NCBI GenBank assembly: GCA_028223895.1
Contig: JAOIVE010000004.1
Coordinates: forward strand, 380 to 64,379
DNA: 64,000 nucleotides
Direction of reading: 5' to 3'
From: Rickettsiales bacterium
GTDB taxonomy: Bacteria > Pseudomonadota > Alphaproteobacteria > Rickettsiales > UBA6187
The notes beneath the pieces are model-generated. The model was not told the origin of the DNA. It did no database searches and saw only the letters and a program-made list of their open reading frames with translations. This document shows positions 41,066 through 51,156 of the stretch, piece after piece (position 1 is the first letter of the stretch; each line of letters starts with the position of its first letter). The position numbers were made by a program, and so were the translations under genes.

Positions 41066-41887
41066 ATGTCAGCAGAAAATCATCATGCAAAAGTCATCGC
41101 TCTAACTAATCAAAAAGGCGGCGTAGGAAAGACAACCACGGCGGTTAATCTTGCCGCTGCCTTGTCGGCGATAAAAAAGAAAGTTCTTTTAATAGATCTA
41201 GATCCGCAAGGCAATGCCAGTAGTGGCGTTGGAATTGATGCTTCTAAGAGAAGTATAACTATATATGATGTTTTGTCAGAAAATGCCCTGATAGAAAGCG
41301 CAATATTAAAAACTCAGCTGCCAAGTCTCTTTGTCATTCCATCTACCGTTGATTTATCGGCGGCGGATATTGAATTTGCATCTTTAGAAAATAGAGAAAA
41401 AAGGCTTAAATCGGTAATATCTCAAATAAGCAATCAGTTTGATTATATAATAATAGACTGCCCGCCATCATTAGGCTTGCTAACATTAAATGCTTTAGTA
41501 GCATCAAACTCTCTGATAATACCTTTACAATGTGAGTTTTATGCCCTGGAAGGTTTGAGTCATTTATTGAGAACTGTTGAATTGGTCCGCAAACATTTGA
41601 ACCCAAACCTTTCTATAGAGGGCATTGTTCTTACTATGTATGACAACCGAAATCGCCTTACAAGACAGGTAGAAAATGATGTAAGAGGGTATTTTAAAGA
41701 TGTGGTTTACGAGACTGTAATTCCAAGAAATATCCGTATATCTGAAGCTCCATCTCATGGAAAGCCAGCAATTATATATGACCATCGCTGCACTGGTTCA
41801 TTGGCATATATACATCTGGCAAAAGAGATGCTCAAAAAAGAAAGAGAATTTGAAAAAGAACGTGCTGCCGAAACGCAAAGTGCTTAA
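41066..41887 (+). CDS. parA: Chromosome partitioning ATPase ParA
   Basis: Deviant Walker A NQKGGVGKTTTAVNLA. Confidence 0.95.
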   Translation: MSAENHHAKVIALTNQKGGVGKTTTAVNLAAALSAIKKKVLLIDLDPQGNASSGVGIDASKRSITIYDVLSENALIESAILKTQLPSLFVIPSTVDLSAADIEFASLENREKRLKSVISQISNQFDYIIIDCPPSLGLLTLNALVASNSLIIPLQCEFYALEGLSHLLRTVELVRKHLNPNLSIEGIVLTMYDNRNRLTRQVENDVRGYFKDVVYETVIPRNIRISEAPSHGKPAIIYDHRCTGSLAYIHLAKEMLKKEREFEKERAAETQSA

Positions 41888-41901
41888 AAAAGGAGAATAT
41901 T

Positions 41902-42891
41902 ATGTCTGGTAATGTTTTAGGAAAAGGTCTTTCAGCCTTAATAGGCGATATAGATAATAGCGCGCCAAAGGCAGTTGGTAATAAAAAAAATAAAGTTGTA
42001 GCAAATCAAGATGTCAAAGATGATGACAACAGACTTAAAGCCGTTTATCTTGATGTAACTAATTTGACTCCAGGTGAGTTCCAACCTCGCAGCCACTTTA
42101 ATGATGAAGCGCTCGCAGAATTAGCCGATTCCATAAAGCAAAATGGGGTATTACAGCCAATAATAGTTCGCCCACAAGCAGACGGCAAATATCAGATAAT
42201 CGCAGGTGAACGCAGATGGCGCGCTTGCAAACTTCTAAAAAAAGATGAAATCCCGGCAATAGTTAAAGACTTTGATGACAAAACAGCTCTGGAAGTTGCT
42301 TTGATAGAAAATATTCAGCGCCAGAGTCTTTCTCCTATTGAAGAAGCTGAGGGCTATCAGCGTCTCTTAAGTGAATTTTCATATACTCAGGCCCAGCTTT
42401 CAAAAGGTCTGGGAAAAAGCCGCAGCCATATAGCTAACATGCTCCGCCTTACTCAACTACCAAAAGATGTTAAAAATTTGGTTGAAGAGGGAAAATTGAC
42501 TATGGGTCATGCAAGAGCATTAGTAAATCAGGAAGATGCTTCTAACATTGCTCTGGAGATTGTTGAAAAAGGCTTAAGCGTAAGAGAAGCAGAAAAGTTT
42601 GCAGCAAAATATGGCACATATTCAACAAAAGAAAAACCCGCAAAAGATTCAGAGCCTGCTGCAGAAAATACAACAAAGATTGTAAAAACTCAAAAAAGCC
42701 CGCAAAAATCAGCAAATAATAACAAAGCTGATGCAGAAAAAGATGAAGATCTGATAGCTCTTGAGATTGCGCTAAGTAATAATCTGGGGCTAAAGGTAAA
42801 TGTTGAAGACTCAGATGAGGGCGGAAGGGTGTCTGTATTCTTTAATAACCTGTCTGAACTGGATATAATTTTACAACGCCTGGGAGCTTAA
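41902..42891 (+). CDS. parB: Chromosome partitioning protein ParB
   Basis: ParB box GVLQPIIVRP....YQIIAGERRWRA and an HTH region. Confidence 0.95.
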   Translation: MSGNVLGKGLSALIGDIDNSAPKAVGNKKNKVVANQDVKDDDNRLKAVYLDVTNLTPGEFQPRSHFNDEALAELADSIKQNGVLQPIIVRPQADGKYQIIAGERRWRACKLLKKDEIPAIVKDFDDKTALEVALIENIQRQSLSPIEEAEGYQRLLSEFSYTQAQLSKGLGKSRSHIANMLRLTQLPKDVKNLVEEGKLTMGHARALVNQEDASNIALEIVEKGLSVREAEKFAAKYGTYSTKEKPAKDSEPAAENTTKIVKTQKSPQKSANNNKADAEKDEDLIALEIALSNNLGLKVNVEDSDEGGRVSVFFNNLSELDIILQRLGA

Positions 42892-42893
42892 TT

Positions 42894-44066
42894 TTGACAA
42901 AATATACTATAGAAAAATTAAATAGACAATTATCAGGCTACGATCCTCAATATATGATCGATGGAAATAATCAGCCAATAGATCCAAATGATTATGATAC
43001 ATCATCTTTTACAGAAGATGAGATACTAAAAGCCAAACTAATTGAAATGAATTTTCATGATAAAACCGCAGAAGGTGCTGAAAAAATAGAGTTTCTTGTT
43101 GGGGAAGGCGCGCCTGTTAATGCTCGCATTATGTCATATGGATTAGGAATTAGGGACGAGTCATTATTTGTTGCCAGCCTGCAGGCACAATTACGCGTTG
43201 AAGATGGCAAGGCCATTTCCCTTGAAGAAATAAAAGAGCAAGCAGAAGAAAGCTCCGACACGACTCAAGAGGATTTAATTAAAGAAATTGTAGCCAGAAA
43301 TATGGCAAAGTCGCAAGATGACTATAAGAATCACTCCGAAGATATTGGCAGTTATACAGCAACTGCCCATAAAGTTTTTGCGGCATTAAACTCTAAAGAT
43401 GCAAATATTAAAGAAATTCCTGTTTTGCAAAAATATGCGGACATGATTCTGGAAGCCCCTCATATGAAACGCTACCCTCCTTTTGATTCAAATGGCTCAA
43501 TGATTATCGCTGTTGGCTTAAAAGATGCAGATCTTATAAATATTTTATCAGATAAATCAAAAGATCAAAAGGAATTTGATAGCTCAAATGACGGAGCCAG
43601 CCCTTCATTTGCAGGTTATTTTAATGACAATGCTATTTCCTGGGCGGTCATTATGCTAGAACCTGAATTAGTCGATCAGCAATTGATTTTACTGGATAAA
43701 GATTTTGAACCAGAGCGCAAGAGTGTAGCCGGCACCACATTAATGCATTGGTTAGTGGGCACAGCTATTATATATGCTGAAAACCCTGATGTTATTAAAT
43801 ATGACGAGGCGCAGAAAAATATTTTAAAAATTGCAGAGATGCTTATTGAAAAAGGCGTACCAGTTGACATGGCAAATGATTTAGGAATTACGCCTTTGGA
43901 ATATGCAAAAGCTTATAAAATTGAAAACTTAGTAGAGTTATTTGAGAAAAATTTACAGCAAGGTAAAGAGCAATCAACATCTGCTGCAAATCGTTATGGC
44001 ATAGAGCCAGGGAAAATAAGCCCTGAAAATATAGGTGCAAGCAAAGAGCAGCTCAAAAGAGCTTAA
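42894..44066 (+). CDS. Hypothetical protein with degenerate ankyrin-like repeats, appended to the parAB operon
   Basis: TTG start 3 nt after the parB stop. C-terminal repeats GTTLMHWLV...MLIEKGVPVDMANDLGITPLEYAKAY resemble the ankyrin consensus (G.TpLh.A...g....v..Ll..Ga). Confidence 0.5.
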   Translation: MTKYTIEKLNRQLSGYDPQYMIDGNNQPIDPNDYDTSSFTEDEILKAKLIEMNFHDKTAEGAEKIEFLVGEGAPVNARIMSYGLGIRDESLFVASLQAQLRVEDGKAISLEEIKEQAEESSDTTQEDLIKEIVARNMAKSQDDYKNHSEDIGSYTATAHKVFAALNSKDANIKEIPVLQKYADMILEAPHMKRYPPFDSNGSMIIAVGLKDADLINILSDKSKDQKEFDSSNDGASPSFAGYFNDNAISWAVIMLEPELVDQQLILLDKDFEPERKSVAGTTLMHWLVGTAIIYAENPDVIKYDEAQKNILKIAEMLIEKGVPVDMANDLGITPLEYAKAYKIENLVELFEKNLQQGKEQSTSAANRYGIEPGKISPENIGASKEQLKRA

Positions 44067-44734
44067 CAAGCCATATCTTTATTACAAATTTTCGATAGCA
44101 ACTTATATAAAATATAGGCGGTAATATACAAAAATACGCCTGAAAATATTACATCACTAAAAAAGTGAGCACCCTGTATCACGCGAGTTGCTCCTAAAAT
44201 AGTGCCAAGTCCAAAACTTGCAGCATAGGCAATAAACTTACGCCTTAATATAAAACACCAGGCAAATAAGCTAAACCCAACCGATGGATCGCCAGAAGTA
44301 AATGAACAATTCCCTTCACATTGATCGGATATAATAAAAGCCGGAGTAAAAATCTTATCGCCACCAAAATTTTCTGTCTGTAAAGGGCGGGCGCGACCCC
44401 AATTTTCTTTAAAAACACCATTTACAATAAGACCAGCACCTATTGTCAGCACCAAAAAAGCATAAATATAATATTTACGCTCAATATTAAATAATGGCTT
44501 TTTTGTAAAATAGGGCAGGGCAGCACCCAGAATATATATAACCCCTAAAGATATAGCAATTATGCGCGTCAAATCATGAATAGCGGTAAATATGGGGTGT
44601 CTATTTAAGTAAAAGCCTCTTTCCTGACTATAAAAAAGACCCGATATAAACAAATCAATTTGTGGAAAAAGAACAAATAAAATTGCCACCAATGTTGCAA
44701 TAACAAGAAATAATATCTGCTTATTTAGTGCCAT
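44063..44734 (-). CDS. PAP2-family membrane phosphatase (LpxE/LpxF/PgpB-like lipid phosphatase)
   Basis: Polytopic. KX6RP motif (KENWGRARP) and SRX5HX3D-like motif (TRVIQGAHFFSD). The middle motif reads SFTSGD instead of PSGH. Confidence 0.7.
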   Translation of the reverse strand: MALNKQILFLVIATLVAILFVLFPQIDLFISGLFYSQERGFYLNRHPIFTAIHDLTRIIAISLGVIYILGAALPYFTKKPLFNIERKYYIYAFLVLTIGAGLIVNGVFKENWGRARPLQTENFGGDKIFTPAFIISDQCEGNCSFTSGDPSVGFSLFAWCFILRRKFIAYAASFGLGTILGATRVIQGAHFFSDVIFSGVFLYITAYILYKLLSKICNKDMAC

Positions 44735-46235
44735 ATCCCCTAAATCCTTTGAGCATAAATATATAATAATGACGCTTAAAATCAGGATATAAATCTACCA
44801 CCACCTCATCAATAAGGCGTGAAGATTGAAAATATAGCGGAATATCTTTTAACACATCCAAATCATATTGGGTTACAAAAAGGAAGTCCTTACCCTCATA
44901 TTCATTCAAATTGCCTGTCATATCATAATGGTCAGTAAGACGCTCTTGTGGATTCCATTTAACAATAATTTGTGGATGTGGGCGAACATAATATAACAAT
45001 TCAGCGTGAGTTTTGCGGGTATATGTTAAAATGCCAGCCTCAGGATATTGAGCTTTAATCTGGCTAACCTTCTGACCTAATTGCTCCCAGCCCATAAGAC
45101 GACGAAATGGATCTTTAATTATATTTTCAGATATCTGAGTCTTTCTGCCATATAATTTCAGCCCCAGCGAGTCAATTAATGGATAAAATGCTGAAATTAT
45201 TGCCAATATCAATAGATGCAATATCAGCGACACATAAATTAATTTACAAAATTTTGAATTATATAAAACCGAAACAACCAATATAACAGCAGATATATAA
45301 GCAGGAGCTGCCCAGTTTGCATGCGCTCTTGAGGTAAGGCTGATAGATGTGATTAGCAAAAACATCGGCAGAAAAAAGCATAATAACATTTTCTGAGCCT
45401 TATCAAGCTGAATGCGCCTTGTAGCTGTAAGAAATAATATTATCAGTAATGATATAAATAATATTGGGCCAAAAACACCATTCTGGCTGGCTATAAATTC
45501 AAGCATATTGGGCAAGGAAATTGACATACCTTCGCCTTTTGCATTATCTTGAGTATGCAAAAAGCTGGCAAAATCATTCTGCCAATTCCACCAGATATTA
45601 GGTACAAATATCACAGCCGCTATTAATATTGCAGACCAAAATTTCTTGCTGATAAAAACTTTACGATATTGAGGAATAAAAAAGCAGAAAGAACATACTG
45701 AAACTAAGAATATAAGCATGTTATATTTGCTCATCATGCCTAACCCGGAAAATATACCGGCCAATATCCAATATCGCCATTTATCATCTTTTAATGCCGC
45801 AATAAACGCCCATAAACTCAAAGCCCAGAAACATAAAAGAGCTGGATCGGTTGAAACAAACATTGATGAAATAGTAACTGCCGGCAGAGTTAGATAAGTA
45901 ACAGAAGATAAAAGCGCAATTTTCTCCTCAAATACCAGCTTTGTAAGAGAAAATATCGCCCATGAGGTTATTATGTGCAAAATCGGAGAGCTTAAACGCA
46001 CACACCAAGTCTCATCGCTGCAAATTCCTGTTGTTAAGCCAATCATCCACGCAACAACTGGCGGCTTGGAATAATAGCCAAATTCAAATGATTTCGACCA
46101 TCCCCAATATTGGGCTTCATCATAAAATAAATCAAATGGCGAGTTATAAAGCAAGCCCATACGCAAAGACAATATCACAAGCGCAAATAGCCAGAAATAT
46201 TGATCTGCTGATAATAAATTTCTTTTATTCGTCAT
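44721..46235 (-). CDS. GT39/GT-C family glycosyltransferase (ArnT/PMT-like, lipid-linked sugar donor)
   Basis: N-terminal loop motif LFYDEAQYWGWSKSFEFGYYSKPPVVAWMIGL, about 11 TM helices and a soluble C-terminal domain. It overlaps the PAP2 start by 14 nt. Confidence 0.75.
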   Translation of the reverse strand: MTNKRNLLSADQYFWLFALVILSLRMGLLYNSPFDLFYDEAQYWGWSKSFEFGYYSKPPVVAWMIGLTTGICSDETWCVRLSSPILHIITSWAIFSLTKLVFEEKIALLSSVTYLTLPAVTISSMFVSTDPALLCFWALSLWAFIAALKDDKWRYWILAGIFSGLGMMSKYNMLIFLVSVCSFCFFIPQYRKVFISKKFWSAILIAAVIFVPNIWWNWQNDFASFLHTQDNAKGEGMSISLPNMLEFIASQNGVFGPILFISLLIILFLTATRRIQLDKAQKMLLCFFLPMFLLITSISLTSRAHANWAAPAYISAVILVVSVLYNSKFCKLIYVSLILHLLILAIISAFYPLIDSLGLKLYGRKTQISENIIKDPFRRLMGWEQLGQKVSQIKAQYPEAGILTYTRKTHAELLYYVRPHPQIIVKWNPQERLTDHYDMTGNLNEYEGKDFLFVTQYDLDVLKDIPLYFQSSRLIDEVVVDLYPDFKRHYYIFMLKGFRGYGTK

Positions 46236-46244
46236 TACACGCCC

Positions 46245-47024
46245 TTAAGAGCCAACCATACCAATAGTAGGAGAAGATGGCGAAGCATAACTCTGCTTTT
46301 CCATCCTACCGGCCAAATATGCCAAACGACCAGCCTCTACACCTAATTTCATAGCACGCGCCATAGCTATAGGATCTTTTGCCTTAGCAATTGCAGTATT
46401 TAACAAAACACCATCGCAGCCCAATTCCATTGCCATAGCCACATCAGATGCCGTTCCAACGCCAGCATCAACTAAAACCGGAACATTAGCATTTTCAACT
46501 ATAATCTGGATGTTAAGCGGATTTTGTATGCCTAAACCAGAACCAATTGGCGCGGCTAATGGCATTATAGCAACGCAGCCAATCTCCTCCAACTGCTTGG
46601 CAAATATTGGATCATCTGAACAATATACCATTATATCAAACCCTTCTTTAACAAGGATTTTAGCGGCATCTATTGTTTCAGACATATTTGGATATAAAGT
46701 TTTTTTATCCCCCAAAACTTCTAGTTTTACAAGTTTTTTGCCGCTTGCTTCGCGCGCTAAGCGCAAAGTACGCACAGCCTCATCAGTGCTATAGCAACCA
46801 GCAGTATTTGGCAGATATGTATATTCTTCTGGAGATAAATAATCCTGCAAAGACTTCCCCGCCTCATTTATCAATGCCCTGCGCACAGCAACGGTTACAA
46901 TCTCAGCTCCGCTTGCCTCTATAGCTTTCTGAGTTTGCTCCAAACTTTCATATTTTCCTGTTCCAACCAGCAATCTTGAATTATATTCTTTACCAGCAAT
47001 AACCAGCTTATCATCTTTAGTCAT
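46245..47024 (-). CDS. thiG: Thiazole synthase ThiG
   Basis: LVGTGKY...TVAVRR...LPNTAGC...MPL.APIGSG.G. ATG placed immediately after the thiS stop. Confidence 0.95.
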   Translation of the reverse strand: MTKDDKLVIAGKEYNSRLLVGTGKYESLEQTQKAIEASGAEIVTVAVRRALINEAGKSLQDYLSPEEYTYLPNTAGCYSTDEAVRTLRLAREASGKKLVKLEVLGDKKTLYPNMSETIDAAKILVKEGFDIMVYCSDDPIFAKQLEEIGCVAIMPLAAPIGSGLGIQNPLNIQIIVENANVPVLVDAGVGTASDVAMAMELGCDGVLLNTAIAKAKDPIAMARAMKLGVEAGRLAYLAGRMEKQSYASPSSPTIGMVGS

Positions 47025-47025
47025 A

Positions 47026-47226
47026 TCAACCACCACCTACAAATTCTACTATTTCTAACTTATCGGAATCTTCTAACTTTACCTGACTATATGTCGAGCA
47101 TGGAACTATCTGCAAATTACGCTCTATTGCAACTTTGCGAGTGTCAATTTTAAGATTTTCTACAAGCTGCAAAAGCGTGATTCCATCATCTACAATATGC
47201 TCTTGTGCATTTATGATTAATTTCAT
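47026..47226 (-). CDS. thiS: Sulfur carrier protein ThiS
   Basis: 66 aa ubiquitin-like protein ending ...VEFVGGG. Confidence 0.9.
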   Translation of the reverse strand: MKLIINAQEHIVDDGITLLQLVENLKIDTRKVAIERNLQIVPCSTYSQVKLEDSDKLEIVEFVGGG

Positions 47227-47298
47227 TCTTTTACTTTAAAATAATGTCATGTTATAAATTCCTGTGGGTATGTATATACAATTTAATCGAGGCATTCA

Positions 47299-47733
47299 AT
47301 GGGTAAAGACGTACTAATCCTTAATGGTCCAAATCTTAACATGCTAGGAAAGCGTGAGCCGGAGATATATGGCTCTGAAACTTTAAGCGATATTGAGAAA
47401 TTATGTAACATTCACGCAAAATCTTTAAAAACAAAAATAGATTTCCGCCAAAGCAACCATGAGGGCGAATTAGTTGAGTGGATACAAACTGCATCGGAAA
47501 ATTTTCGCTCTATAATTATAAATGCCGGAGCATATACTCACACATCCATTGCTATACGCGATGCGCTTTTGGCATGCGGACTGCCAGTTATAGAGCTGCA
47601 TATGTCAAATATATATAAGCGTGAGGAATTCAGGCAAATTTCTTATATATCAGATATAGCCCAAGGTGTAATTTGTGGTTTTGGCTCAAAAGGCTACATA
47701 ATGGCCATTGATGCGAGCAAATTATATGTCTAA
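47299..47733 (+). CDS. aroQ: Type II 3-dehydroquinate dehydratase
   Basis: LILNGPNLNMLGKREPEIYG...INAGAYTHTSIAIRDAL...IELHMSNI. Confidence 0.95.
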   Translation: MGKDVLILNGPNLNMLGKREPEIYGSETLSDIEKLCNIHAKSLKTKIDFRQSNHEGELVEWIQTASENFRSIIINAGAYTHTSIAIRDALLACGLPVIELHMSNIYKREEFRQISYISDIAQGVICGFGSKGYIMAIDASKLYV

Positions 47734-48694
47734 GACCAAGACTAGTGCCAAGAAAAAGAAATTACTGTCAATTATAGCTCCAATATATAACGAGGCAGAA
47801 AATCTTGAGGCATTTTTTGACAATGTAATAGAAAAGCTAAAGGCCACAAATCTTGATTGGGAAATTATCTGCATTAATGACTCAAGTACCGACAATAGTC
47901 TGGAGTTATTGCATACTTTCCGAAAAAAAAACTCTAAAATTAAAATTATCAGCTTTTCGCGTAATTTTGGCAAGGAAGCAGCCTTAACTGCAGGCTTAAA
48001 ATATGCAAATGGCGATGCTGCGATACCAATTGATACAGATTTGCAGGATCCTCCTGACATAATAATAGAATTGGTAAAAAAATGGCAGGAAGGCTTTAAG
48101 GTAGTAAATGCAAAACGCAAATCACGCAATCAGGAAAGCTGGTTAAAAAGAAGCAGCGCCGATTGTTTTTATAAATTCATCAGTGGAATAGCATCGGTTA
48201 AAATACCTAGCAATGTTGGCGATTTCAGACTTATCGACCGCAAAGTAATTGACGTAATCAACAAAATGCCTGAAAGAACACGCTTTATGAAGGGTATTTT
48301 TGCGTGGCCCGGCTTTGATAGCGCAACTATAGAATATGAGCGTCCGCAGCGCCATAAAGGCAATAGTTCATGGAATTATTGGAAATTATGGCAATTTGCC
48401 CTTGATGGAATTATCTCGTTTAGCACCTTACCATTGAAAATATGGACATATATAGGAACAATAATCTCTGCAATAGCCCTTATATATGCAAGCATATTGG
48501 TCGCAAGAACATTAGTTTTTGGCATTGATGTACCAGGATATGCTTCAATCATGACTGCAGTATTATTTATAGGCGGCATACAGCTAATAGGGCTTGGTGT
48601 TATTGGCGAATATGTGGGACGTATATATAAGGAAACAAAGCATCGCCCCATATATGTAATAGAAGAACAGGTTGGTTTTGATAATGAGAAATAG
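47726..48694 (+). CDS. GT2 family polyprenyl-phosphate glycosyltransferase (ArnC/GtrB-like)
   Basis: LSIIAPIYNE...INDSSTDNS...IPIDTDLQDPP (the DxD region) and two C-terminal TM helices typical of ArnC/GtrB. Its start overlaps the aroQ stop. Confidence 0.8.
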   Translation: MSKTKTSAKKKKLLSIIAPIYNEAENLEAFFDNVIEKLKATNLDWEIICINDSSTDNSLELLHTFRKKNSKIKIISFSRNFGKEAALTAGLKYANGDAAIPIDTDLQDPPDIIIELVKKWQEGFKVVNAKRKSRNQESWLKRSSADCFYKFISGIASVKIPSNVGDFRLIDRKVIDVINKMPERTRFMKGIFAWPGFDSATIEYERPQRHKGNSSWNYWKLWQFALDGIISFSTLPLKIWTYIGTIISAIALIYASILVARTLVFGIDVPGYASIMTAVLFIGGIQLIGLGVIGEYVGRIYKETKHRPIYVIEEQVGFDNEK

Positions 48695-50138
48695 AGAATT
48701 TCAATATCTGCCAAACCCATTTATCAGCATGACATTTATCATTGCTTTGATATTTTACTATTTTCAGGCATTACCTTTATTTTCATTTCCTGACGTTGGC
48801 TGGCATTTAATGGCAGGCAAACAGATTGTTAATAGCGGGCATATTCCAACTACTGACTCATGGTCATATAGCGCTAATGGCTATTATTGGTATAACATCG
48901 CATGGCTTTGGGATATTGCGATATATTACATCAATAAATCGATTGGCTCTGATGGCCTATTTTTTGTTGTGTGCTGCTTATTTTCTCTATTGCTGGCACT
49001 TTTATGCAATAATTTGTTACATCGCAAAGAAATTACCAAAGAAGTTGTAGTTGTGGTTTTATTTATAGTTTTACTGGGACTAAAAGATTTTGTATCAGCC
49101 AGAGCTTATATTCCCAGCCTGTTTATAATAATAGCATATCACGCAATATTACATAAAAGCCGCAATAACTTAAAAATATTATTATGGCTGCCTATTCTGA
49201 TGGTTCCATGGGTCAATACTCATGGGAGTTTTTTAGGCGGGTTTGTAATTATCGGCGCATATATTATTGAAGCATATTTAAATAAAAATACAAAATGGCT
49301 GTTCTGGCTCATTTTAATATCGCTATTATGCGCCTTAGCAACGATTATTAATCCTTATGGCATATATATCTATGAGGCTACATATCGCACCTTACAGGGC
49401 ACTATAGAGCCATATATCAATGAATGGTCACCATTTACATTTTCTTCAAATTTAGGCGTAACTTTATTTGTAAGTGTGTTTTTATTGGTATCAGGCCTAA
49501 ATCGCAAAGATATTCCTTTAGCCGAAAAAATTATCGCCTATTCTTGGCTGTTTGTATCTTTATATTCAAAGCGCCATTTTCCAACAGCTATGCTATTATC
49601 GGCTCCATATTTAGCAATATGCCTCAAAGATATGGGTAAGCCGCGCCCACTACCAGATTTATCTGATAAAATCTTACGTCTTAAAATTTTCACTTTTGCT
49701 TCAATATGCCTGATATTAATGAGCACAGCCCCAATCAGGCAGTATATTGCAGGAAAAAGCCGCGTTACAAATCCAGATACAATAGAAGTTGCAACTATAA
49801 ACTATATGCAGGCTAATCTTTTTGATAAGCGCATATTAAATGATTACGATTATGGCGGAATAATCATATATTATTCAGATGGCAACCTACCTGTATTTAT
49901 CGATGGAAGGGCGTCCACTGCATATCCAAAAGAAGTAATAGAAGAGACTATAAATATCTTCACTTTGGATGAAGACTGGCTAAAAATAATTGAAAAATAT
50001 AATATTCAGGCAGCTGTATTTTCTAACATGTCACCAATCACAAAATTTTATGAATCGGGACAGCTAAAAAACAACTGGAAGCGTGTATATAAAGGCAAAA
50101 ATGCCAGCGTGTTTACTATAGGCCAAGATAAGAAATAA
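48684..50138 (+). CDS. Polytopic membrane protein, possible GT-C-type glycosyltransferase partner of the GT2 enzyme
   Basis: More than 10 hydrophobic helices, an early loop FPDVGWHLMAGKQIV...DSWSY, and a soluble C-terminal domain. Its start overlaps the GT2 stop, suggesting translational coupling. The function is inferred from context only. Confidence 0.4.
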   Translation: MRNREFQYLPNPFISMTFIIALIFYYFQALPLFSFPDVGWHLMAGKQIVNSGHIPTTDSWSYSANGYYWYNIAWLWDIAIYYINKSIGSDGLFFVVCCLFSLLLALLCNNLLHRKEITKEVVVVVLFIVLLGLKDFVSARAYIPSLFIIIAYHAILHKSRNNLKILLWLPILMVPWVNTHGSFLGGFVIIGAYIIEAYLNKNTKWLFWLILISLLCALATIINPYGIYIYEATYRTLQGTIEPYINEWSPFTFSSNLGVTLFVSVFLLVSGLNRKDIPLAEKIIAYSWLFVSLYSKRHFPTAMLLSAPYLAICLKDMGKPRPLPDLSDKILRLKIFTFASICLILMSTAPIRQYIAGKSRVTNPDTIEVATINYMQANLFDKRILNDYDYGGIIIYYSDGNLPVFIDGRASTAYPKEVIEETINIFTLDEDWLKIIEKYNIQAAVFSNMSPITKFYESGQLKNNWKRVYKGKNASVFTIGQDKK

Positions 50139-50175
50139 TTTTATCAGGCTATCTTTACATAAAAGGAAAACATAA

Positions 50176-50319
50176 ATGAAGCCAAGAATTAGCATGATTA
50201 CGCTTGGTGTTAATGATTTAAAAAAATCAATCTCTTTTTATGAGCAAGGACTCGGATTTCCACGTATGGAATCGCCTCCTGAGGCGGCTTTGAAACTATA
50301 TTGGATTTGTAACATATAA
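50176..50319 (+). pseudogene. Truncated N-terminal remnant of a VOC/glyoxalase-family gene
   Basis: MKPRISMITLGVNDLKKSISFYEQGLGFPRMESPPE matches the usual VOC N-terminus. The reading frame stops after 47 codons, whereas such proteins are typically about 120-130 aa. Confidence 0.6.
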
Positions 50320-50449
50320 AAATAAACCTATGAATGTAATATAACTGCAATATTTCTTGTTTAAGAAGTAGAGTAAATTGTGATCAACATCTCTTTAATA
50401 GGTGATTTTGAGCATAATATTATATCAATTTTTTAAAAAGGAATAAAAT

Positions 50450-50923
50450 ATGTCTTCTGGTAAATTATTAGTTGAAACAGCTAGGAAAATTGCTTCTAGA
50501 ACCACAGTCAAAAAAATTTTATCAAATGAAGTTGTGACAGAAGGAGAAAAAGAGGAGCTTTTCTGGAATGGAAGCGTTTTCGCAGGAGCAGTCGCAGGAG
50601 GTTACGCTGGGAAAAAAATTGCAGAAAAAGCAGTTGAGAATGCTGAAGAAAGAGATGGCGTTCAAAGATCTGACTTAGAAAAAAATGCAACAGCACTCTC
50701 AGGCGCAGCCTTAGTTGCAGGGGCGGGCGCAGTAGGAGCCGGCGTTTTTGCTATAAGTGCGACTAGAGCACCTACTCAAACCGCTGTTGCTGTAACAGCA
50801 GTCGCGGCCTTTGCAACCGTGATTTCTACTGTTGCGCCACGCGAGGAAGAATCTCAAGTTGAAAAACTTCAAAAACAAGAACAATCAAAAAATAGTGGCG
50901 CAGATAAAGGTAGAAGAAGTTAA
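50450..50923 (+). CDS. Hypothetical Gly/Ala-rich protein with glycine-zipper-like hydrophobic segments
   Basis: GSVFAGAVAGGYAGKK and LSGAALVAGAGAVGAGVFAISA, then a charged C-terminal tail. An RBS-like AAAGGAAT lies upstream. Confidence 0.5.
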   Translation: MSSGKLLVETARKIASRTTVKKILSNEVVTEGEKEELFWNGSVFAGAVAGGYAGKKIAEKAVENAEERDGVQRSDLEKNATALSGAALVAGAGAVGAGVFAISATRAPTQTAVAVTAVAAFATVISTVAPREEESQVEKLQKQEQSKNSGADKGRRS

Positions 50924-50933
50924 TATATAAAAT

Positions 50934-50959
50934 ATGATGGGGGTTTTTACCCCCGTCAT
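50934..50959 (+). terminator. Hairpin downstream of the Gly/Ala-rich ORF
   Basis: ATGATGGGGG-TTTTTA-CCCCCGTCAT: 10-bp stem with one G-T pair and no strong T-tract. Confidence 0.4.
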
Positions 50960-51156
50960 TATCTAAAAGCTAATATCCTTATAAAAAGCAACCATCTTAT
51001 CAGGACATGCCTCCTCGAAGGTTTCGGTCATGCAAAAAAAGCTAATATTATAGGCTAAAAACGACTTTGCACAGAGGCTTAAAGTGCTATAAAAAATCAT
51101 AAATGTAATTAATGTGTGTTTAATTATAATTTTAAAATATTAATTTGTGTTATTAT

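Noticed and set aside
47227-47298. A TPP riboswitch might be expected upstream of thiS-thiG.
   Set aside because: The spacer to divergent aroQ is only 72 nt. It lacks the conserved CUGAGA / ACCUGAUCUGGAUAAUGCCAGCG-type elements, so there is no room for a THI-box fold.
50963-51031. A 22-codon minus-strand mini-ORF (MTETFEEACPDKMVAFYKDISF) converges on the 50934-50959 hairpin and could be a gene remnant.
   Set aside because: It is too short and has no recognisable family. This cannot be supported without a database search.
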